A DNA stretch of 45,393 nucleotides from positions 1 through 45,393 of the forward strand of contig JBKGZU010000001.1 in assembly GCA_046543215.1 (NCBI GenBank). Direction: 5' to 3'. The notes beneath the pieces are model-generated. The model made no database searches. It was not told where the DNA came from and was given only the letters and a program-made list of their open reading frames with translations. The translations under genes were made by a program, and so were the position numbers. The stretch is from Halodesulfurarchaeum sp. Its GTDB lineage: Archaea > Halobacteriota > Halobacteria > Halobacteriales > Halobacteriaceae. Below are positions 40,626-45,393 of this stretch, piece by piece; the first letter of the stretch is position 1; each line of letters opens with the position of its first letter.

Positions 40626-40834
40626 GTCGAAAAGGAGGAAGACTCGCTTCGGAGACCTAGTAGTTCCCCCTCTGAGGGGCGGGACAAAAAGTTGTAGGTC
40701 CACTCGTCTGGTCCCGCGACCGAAATTCTCTGAGCCGATTATCGGGCGGTCTGGGACTTTTCGAAGATGAATATGGGTGGGAAACACTTATCCAATATAC
40801 CGATACTAGTTATTATATGGTCTCTGTTGGCAAC

Positions 40835-41191
40835 ATGCAAATGATCGAGCCCGATGGGCCCTTCTCGGAGCTGATGACCAAACTGGTCGAAGCCACCGAG
40901 GACGATCTCCGGCTCGTCTTTCAGTACGACGCCGACGAGGTCGACATCGCCTTCCTCCGCGATGACCTCCTCGGTGAGGACATGGTCCCCCGGGTGGACG
41001 AACTGCACAGCCGCGCAAAGATCTTCGAAACCAGCCCCGTCGAAGACACCGAAGCCGGCTACGGCGAACTCGAAGCCAATATTTCCGTGTACCGGGACGC
41101 CTACGTCCTCCAGTTCATCGGCACCGGCGGCGAAGGGCTCGTCGCCGTCGCCGACCGGAACGGGGGCGGCCTGATCCGACGGGTCTTCTGA
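40835..41191 (+). CDS. Small hypothetical protein (haloarchaeal alpha/beta family)
   Basis: DDLRLVFQYDADEVDIAFLRDDL...YGELEA; TTATTATA upstream; exact start uncertain (40817/40835/40841). Confidence 0.72.
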   Translation: MQMIEPDGPFSELMTKLVEATEDDLRLVFQYDADEVDIAFLRDDLLGEDMVPRVDELHSRAKIFETSPVEDTEAGYGELEANISVYRDAYVLQFIGTGGEGLVAVADRNGGGLIRRVF

Positions 41192-41286
41192 ACCGGCTCG
41201 TTACAGTGTTGTAATTGCTGGAGCCGGTTCCTTCGGGGATTGTGTCGACAGGTCCTTTGATGCGTGACGAACTCGAACGCTCATAT

Positions 41287-42225
41287 ATGCCAAACGATTT
41301 CTGGAGCGAATCCGACATTCCCGATCTTTCGGGACGGACGGCCATCGTGACGGGTGCCAACAGCGGCATCGGCTTCGAGGCCACCCGCCTGCTCGCCGGA
41401 AATGGGGCACGGGTCATCATGGCCGTTCGGAGCGAAGCGCGTGGCGAGAACGCCGCCGAAGCACTGCGGGGCAATCTCCCCGGTTCGCTCCAGGTCCGAA
41501 CGCTAGACCTGGCGAGCCTCGATTCCATCCGGGACTTCGCAGCGGATTTCACCGCCGATTTTGAGGAACTCCACTTTCTGTTCAACAACGCCGGGATCAT
41601 GGCGATCCCCAGATCCGAAACCGCAGACGGGTTCGAGCGGCAGTTCGGCGTCAACCATCTCGGCCACTTCGCGCTGACGGCGCAGTTGTTCGACGTGCTC
41701 GCCGCCACGCCCGGCGAGAGTCGGATCCTCACCCAGAGCAGCGGGATGCACGAACGAGGCCGGATCGATTTCGAGGATCTGCAATCCGTTTCGGCGTACG
41801 ACCGCTGGGCCGCCTACGCCCAGAGCAAGCTCGCGAACGTGCTCTTTGCCCTCGAACTCGACCGGCGACTCTCCAGTGCCGGGATCGAGGGAGTCACGAG
41901 CGTGGCAACCCACCCCGGATACGCGGATACCGCACTTCAGCAGCGCGGCCCGGAACAAGACGGCTCCCGACTCAAAAGCTGGCTGATGAAACTCGCGAAT
42001 ACGCTGTTCGCTCAATCGGCCCGTGCCGGGGCCTGGCCGATACTCTATGCGGCGACCGATCCGTCGGTCGAGGGCGGCGAGTACGTCGGCCCGACTGGCT
42101 TTCTGAACATGCGGGGCCAGCCCGGCGTGCAATCCCCGAGTGACCGGGCAAAGGACGAGGACGTGGCCGAGCGACTGTGGACGGTTTCTGCGGCCCTGAC
42201 CGGCGTCGAGTTCCCGTTCGAGTAA
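41287..42225 (+). CDS. Short-chain dehydrogenase/reductase (retinol dehydrogenase-like)
   Basis: TGANSGIG, NNAGIM, QFGVNHLGHF, YAQSK (YxxxK), HPG. Confidence 0.92.
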   Translation: MPNDFWSESDIPDLSGRTAIVTGANSGIGFEATRLLAGNGARVIMAVRSEARGENAAEALRGNLPGSLQVRTLDLASLDSIRDFAADFTADFEELHFLFNNAGIMAIPRSETADGFERQFGVNHLGHFALTAQLFDVLAATPGESRILTQSSGMHERGRIDFEDLQSVSAYDRWAAYAQSKLANVLFALELDRRLSSAGIEGVTSVATHPGYADTALQQRGPEQDGSRLKSWLMKLANTLFAQSARAGAWPILYAATDPSVEGGEYVGPTGFLNMRGQPGVQSPSDRAKDEDVAERLWTVSAALTGVEFPFE

Positions 42226-42269
42226 TACGGAACCCGTTCGAGTAATTAGCCGGTACCCGATCGAGCAAT
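42213..42269. repeat. Three 14-bp direct repeats between convergent genes
   Basis: cccgttcgagtaat (42213), cccgttcgagtaat (42233), cccgatcgagcaat (42256). Confidence 0.75.
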
Positions 42270-42913
42270 CACTCGTCGGTGGAATTCGCGGGCGATTCGA
42301 CTTCGACCGCCACCTCATTCTCCCGCATGAACGGTGGTGTCCAGGGGTCGTTGTACCGGTGGAGATATGGCTCGCCAACGGGGTCGTAATCGCTCGTGTC
42401 GAGGGCCCCGAGGAGGCGTTTTTCATACGCTCGCACCCGCCGATCGGGTGCATACCAGGAGAACTGCAGCGCTGCGACCGTTCTGGGAGATACCTCTCGA
42501 ATGTGGACGTCTGCATCCGTGGGTCTGGGTGCCGTCTCGATGTCGTAGGTCTGTGGGAGGTAGAATCCCATGCGCATCGTCCCGTCCGGCCCCGATTCCG
42601 AACGGACTGGCGCGGTCATCGAGATGTCGGTACCCGCTGTCGATTTCACGGGGGCGGTCATCGAGACCGACTCGCCGGGTTCGTTCGAGCCGGAAATGTA
42701 ATCGAAGAGCCGCCGAAACGCGGTCATCTGGTCCCGGGCGGTGGTCTCGGCGAGAACTGTCCGAGGGTACTGTCGGATTTCGACGCCTCCGAAGGATTCG
42801 AGTCGCTCGTAGGGCACCGAGGCCGCCGATTGCTTCGAGTACAGCCCCCAGGCCACCCAGGCCGCGAGCAGGCCGCCGCCACCGAGGAGTGCCGCCTTGT
42901 AGATCGGTCGCAT
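42269..42913 (-). CDS. SOUL-family heme-binding protein with N-terminal anchor
   Basis: VEIRQYP, AFRRLFDYISGSN, SMTAPV twice, APRPTD, YNDPWTPPFMRENEV. Confidence 0.9.
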   Translation of the reverse strand: MRPIYKAALLGGGGLLAAWVAWGLYSKQSAASVPYERLESFGGVEIRQYPRTVLAETTARDQMTAFRRLFDYISGSNEPGESVSMTAPVKSTAGTDISMTAPVRSESGPDGTMRMGFYLPQTYDIETAPRPTDADVHIREVSPRTVAALQFSWYAPDRRVRAYEKRLLGALDTSDYDPVGEPYLHRYNDPWTPPFMRENEVAVEVESPANSTDE

Positions 42914-43018
42914 CCGTATGCTTCGGGTCCGACCCGTATCAATCCATCCCAGAGGTGGGTGATCGATGCTGAAGGGGCTTTGGCAAGCCCTAAGAGACTG
43001 CACAGATTTTTCGGGCAT

Positions 43019-44236
43019 ATGCGACGATCCGAACTCTTCGTCCCGACCTCGAAGGAGGCCGAGTCGAGCGCACAGGTCCGGAGTGCAGAACTCGCCCTCC
43101 GGAGCGGGCTCGTGGACCATCCCGGCGCCGGCATTTTCAGTTACTCGCCGACGGGGGAGATGGTGCGGAACAACATCGCCGACGTAATCCGGAAATACAT
43201 GAACGAAATTGGGGCCCAGGAAGTCTCACTGCCGGGGCTCCAGTACGCCGACATCTGGCGCAAAAGTGGCCGGTGGGAGGAATTCGAGGGCGAGATGTTC
43301 TCCTTCCAGAATCGGGAGGGCAAGGACATGTGTCTCGCGACCACCCACGAGGAGCCCATGGCCGACCTCGTTCGCGAGCGGGTGCGCTCGCGGAAAAACA
43401 TGCCCCTGGTGCTCTACCAGATCGGCGAGAAGTACCGCGACGATCACCCGCGAAACGGGCTGCTTCGGGCAAAGCAGTTCACGATGAAGGACGCCTATTC
43501 CTTTACCACCGACGAGGAGGCTCTCGATAAGATCTACCGGGACATGCGGGCGGCCTACGTCGAGATCTTCGACGAACTCGGCGTCGAGTACGCCATCGTC
43601 GATGCCGATCCGAGTTCGATGGGCGGGACGGCCTCCGAGGAGTTCCAGGCCCCGGCCGAGGTGGGCTCCGACGAGATGGCCTACTGTCCGGCCGAGGACT
43701 GCCACTACGGGACCCTCGACCTCGACGCCGAGGAGTGTCCGGACTGTGGCGAGGAGCTGGTCGTCGGGAACTCGATCGAACTGGGCCACATCTTCAAACT
43801 CGGCACCCGCTACAGCGACCCGCTCGATCTCACTTATGACACCGAAACCGGGCAGGAGAAAGTCATCATGGGATCCTACGGGATCGGGGTCAGTCGGCTG
43901 ATTCCGGCACTCATCGAGCAGGGGAACGACGAAGACGGCATCATCTGGCCCGAAGCAGTCGCCCCGTTCACCTTGAGCGTGGTGCCGCTCAACGAGAACG
44001 AGGAGATCGTCGAGATGGCCGAGGAGATCCACGAGCGGGTGGGTTCGGCGGACGTCCTGTACTTCGACGGCGATACCGCCATCGGCGAGAAGTTTGCCGA
44101 ATCCGACCTCATCGGGGTTCCGGCAAAGGTCATCCTCGGGAACACGTATCTCGAGGACGGCGAGCTCGAGGTCGAGTTCCGCGACGGCGGGCGGGAGTTC
44201 TACGAACCGGCCGAGTTCTTCGAGACCTACGCGTAG
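43019..44236 (+). CDS. proS: Proline--tRNA ligase, bacterial-type short form lacking the INS editing domain
   Basis: MRRSELFVPT, WRKSGRW, TTHEE, FTMKDAYSF, IELGHIFKLGTRYS, GSYGIGVSRL, GIIWP, DLIGVP; 405 aa from ATG 43019. Confidence 0.85.
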   Translation: MRRSELFVPTSKEAESSAQVRSAELALRSGLVDHPGAGIFSYSPTGEMVRNNIADVIRKYMNEIGAQEVSLPGLQYADIWRKSGRWEEFEGEMFSFQNREGKDMCLATTHEEPMADLVRERVRSRKNMPLVLYQIGEKYRDDHPRNGLLRAKQFTMKDAYSFTTDEEALDKIYRDMRAAYVEIFDELGVEYAIVDADPSSMGGTASEEFQAPAEVGSDEMAYCPAEDCHYGTLDLDAEECPDCGEELVVGNSIELGHIFKLGTRYSDPLDLTYDTETGQEKVIMGSYGIGVSRLIPALIEQGNDEDGIIWPEAVAPFTLSVVPLNENEEIVEMAEEIHERVGSADVLYFDGDTAIGEKFAESDLIGVPAKVILGNTYLEDGELEVEFRDGGREFYEPAEFFETYA

Positions 44237-44301
44237 CGGTTGCAGCGACCCACCGGCTGCTTCGTCGGGTTTTATGGCTCTGTGTGCCAGACACGGACAC
44301 G

Positions 44302-44988
44302 ATGGATCGCTGTGCGGAGGCGTCTGCGGATGTCGTGACCGTCGGCAGCGCCGTCTTGGACCGGGTCTATAGTCTTTCGAATCTCCCGGAACCGGACGGC
44401 GGCGCGTTCGTCAGGGACTACGAGGAACGCGGCGGCGGCGTCGCCGCAAACGTCGCTTGCGGACTCTCGGCCCTGGATCGCGAGGTGGCGATCGTTTCCC
44501 GGGTCGGGGACGACGAGGCGGCAGAGACGATCCTCGAATCACTTCGGGAGTGGGACGTGGACGTCGATCGGGTTCGTCGCGGGACCGCACCCTCCTCGTA
44601 CACGCTCGTCCTGCGGGGGCCGCAGGGCGGCCGGATGATCGTCGCTGGGGGCGAGAGCATTCCGGACCTCCGCATCCGTTCGGGCGACCGAGCGCGTCTG
44701 GAATCCGCCGCCTGTGTCTTCTCGAGCGCGTATGCACCGGAGGAGACAACGGCTCGGCTGGTGGCGATGCGACGTCGGGGCAAAATCAACTGTCTGGCTT
44801 TCGATCTTCCCGGCCCGCTCGCGGAACTCGAGGGTCGGGGAACGACACCCGCGACGATCGACGAAGCGGCCGCAGTGGCCGACCTGTTCGTCTCGAATCG
44901 CGTTGCAGTCGATTCGTATCTTGGCACGGATCCCGAGACAGCCGTCAATTGGCTCCGGGAAGCTGGTGCAGTTCGTGTCGCTGTGACG
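44302..44988 (+). pseudogene. PfkB/ribokinase-family kinase interrupted by an IS
   Basis: VVTVGSAVLD, GGGVAANVA, RVGDD...VRVAVT, then an abrupt change to IS sequence (read-through to 45126); C-terminal DTxGAGD motif missing. Confidence 0.82.
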
Positions 44989-45056
44989 TATAGAAAGCGG
45001 AAGCCTCGCCCTTCAGGGCGGGGTCTAAGCGATAGGCAGAGACGCAAAATCGCTGA

Positions 45057-45197
45057 TTACTCCCGGTTGGGGGCCTCCAACTCGTCGGCAGCGTGGATGA
45101 GCATCCCACGCCACGTCAGCCCGTGATCGTTTTTCACCCGTTTTAACCGCTCGTACTGGGTTTCGTCTGCTACTTCAATGTTGATGTATTTCGCCAT
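45057..45197 (-). CDS. 46-aa ribbon-helix-helix-like protein inside the IS
   Basis: MAKYINIEVADETQYERLKRVKNDHGLTWRGMLIHAADELEAPNRE: beta strand, helix, G-L-T turn, helix. Confidence 0.7.
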   Translation of the reverse strand: MAKYINIEVADETQYERLKRVKNDHGLTWRGMLIHAADELEAPNRE

Positions 45198-45200
45198 ATA

Positions 45201-45231
45201 AACTAATAGAATCCATATGTTTATGTTAGTT
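45201..45231. promoter_or_regulatory. Imperfect palindrome in the divergent RHH/tnpB promoter spacer
   Basis: AACTAAtagaatcCATATGtttatgTTAGTT; includes TTTATG about 30 bp before the tnpB ATG. Confidence 0.5.
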
Positions 45232-45254
45232 CCGGTCGTACACGAAAGTGGTGG

Positions 45255-45393
45255 ATGAGGCGCACCAACACATTCGCAGTCCGCCCCTGCAACGAACAAG
45301 ACAAGCGATTGCTCCGCGAGTTGTTGGACGCCTCAGCGAGTCTCTGGAACGAACTCAACTACGAGCGTCGGCAGAACTTCACCGACCCCGAAA
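45255..45393 (+). CDS. tnpB: RNA-guided endonuclease TnpB, N-terminus only (runs off the right edge)
   Basis: [42 protein letters not shown], a typical TnpB/OrfB N-terminus; GTGGTGG before the ATG. Confidence 0.85.
   Translation, partial: MRRTNTFAVRPCNEQDKRLLRELLDASASLWNELNYERRQNFTDPE

Larger units (their letters stand above)
44989..45393 (+). mobile_element. IS200/IS605-family (IS1341-like) element, left part
   Basis: Subterminal hairpin GAAGCCTCGCCC-TTCA-GGGCGGGG at 45000-45023, drop in GC, tnpB start; left boundary approximate. Confidence 0.85.

Noticed and set aside
45057-45299. 80-aa version of the IS small ORF, or its assignment as tnpA
   Set aside because: The extension overlaps the tnpB start and the promoter spacer. 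There is no HUH or catalytic Tyr motif, and it is far shorter than TnpA.

Overview
GC-rich haloarchaeal (Halobacteria) chromosomal segment, judged from acidic proteins and TATA-like boxes about 25-30 bp before many starts. The first ~31 kb is mostly core genes: dph2, a METTL5-type methyltransferase, a rhomboid protease, rpoL, hisF, purL, gatCA, the menaquinone cluster menF-D-B-A-C-E, purA, trm112 and cysS. From ~31 kb the content looks accessory: a hydantoinase-like/deacetylase pair, feoB with a coupled upstream micro-ORF, a 7TM histidine kinase, a UbiA-family prenyltransferase, two pseudogene fragments, an SDR, a SOUL protein and a bacterial-type short prolyl-tRNA synthetase. The window ends in an IS200/IS605-family (IS1341-like) element that interrupts a PfkB kinase gene. 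In place of tnpA, the element carries a 46-aa ribbon-helix-helix-like gene divergent from tnpB across a palindromic spacer. This is the best candidate for an undescribed system, followed by the atypical ProRS and a 27-bp tandem array abutting the UPF0058 promoter. No rRNA, tRNA or CRISPR array was seen. All calls come from reading motifs by eye; no database searches were run.
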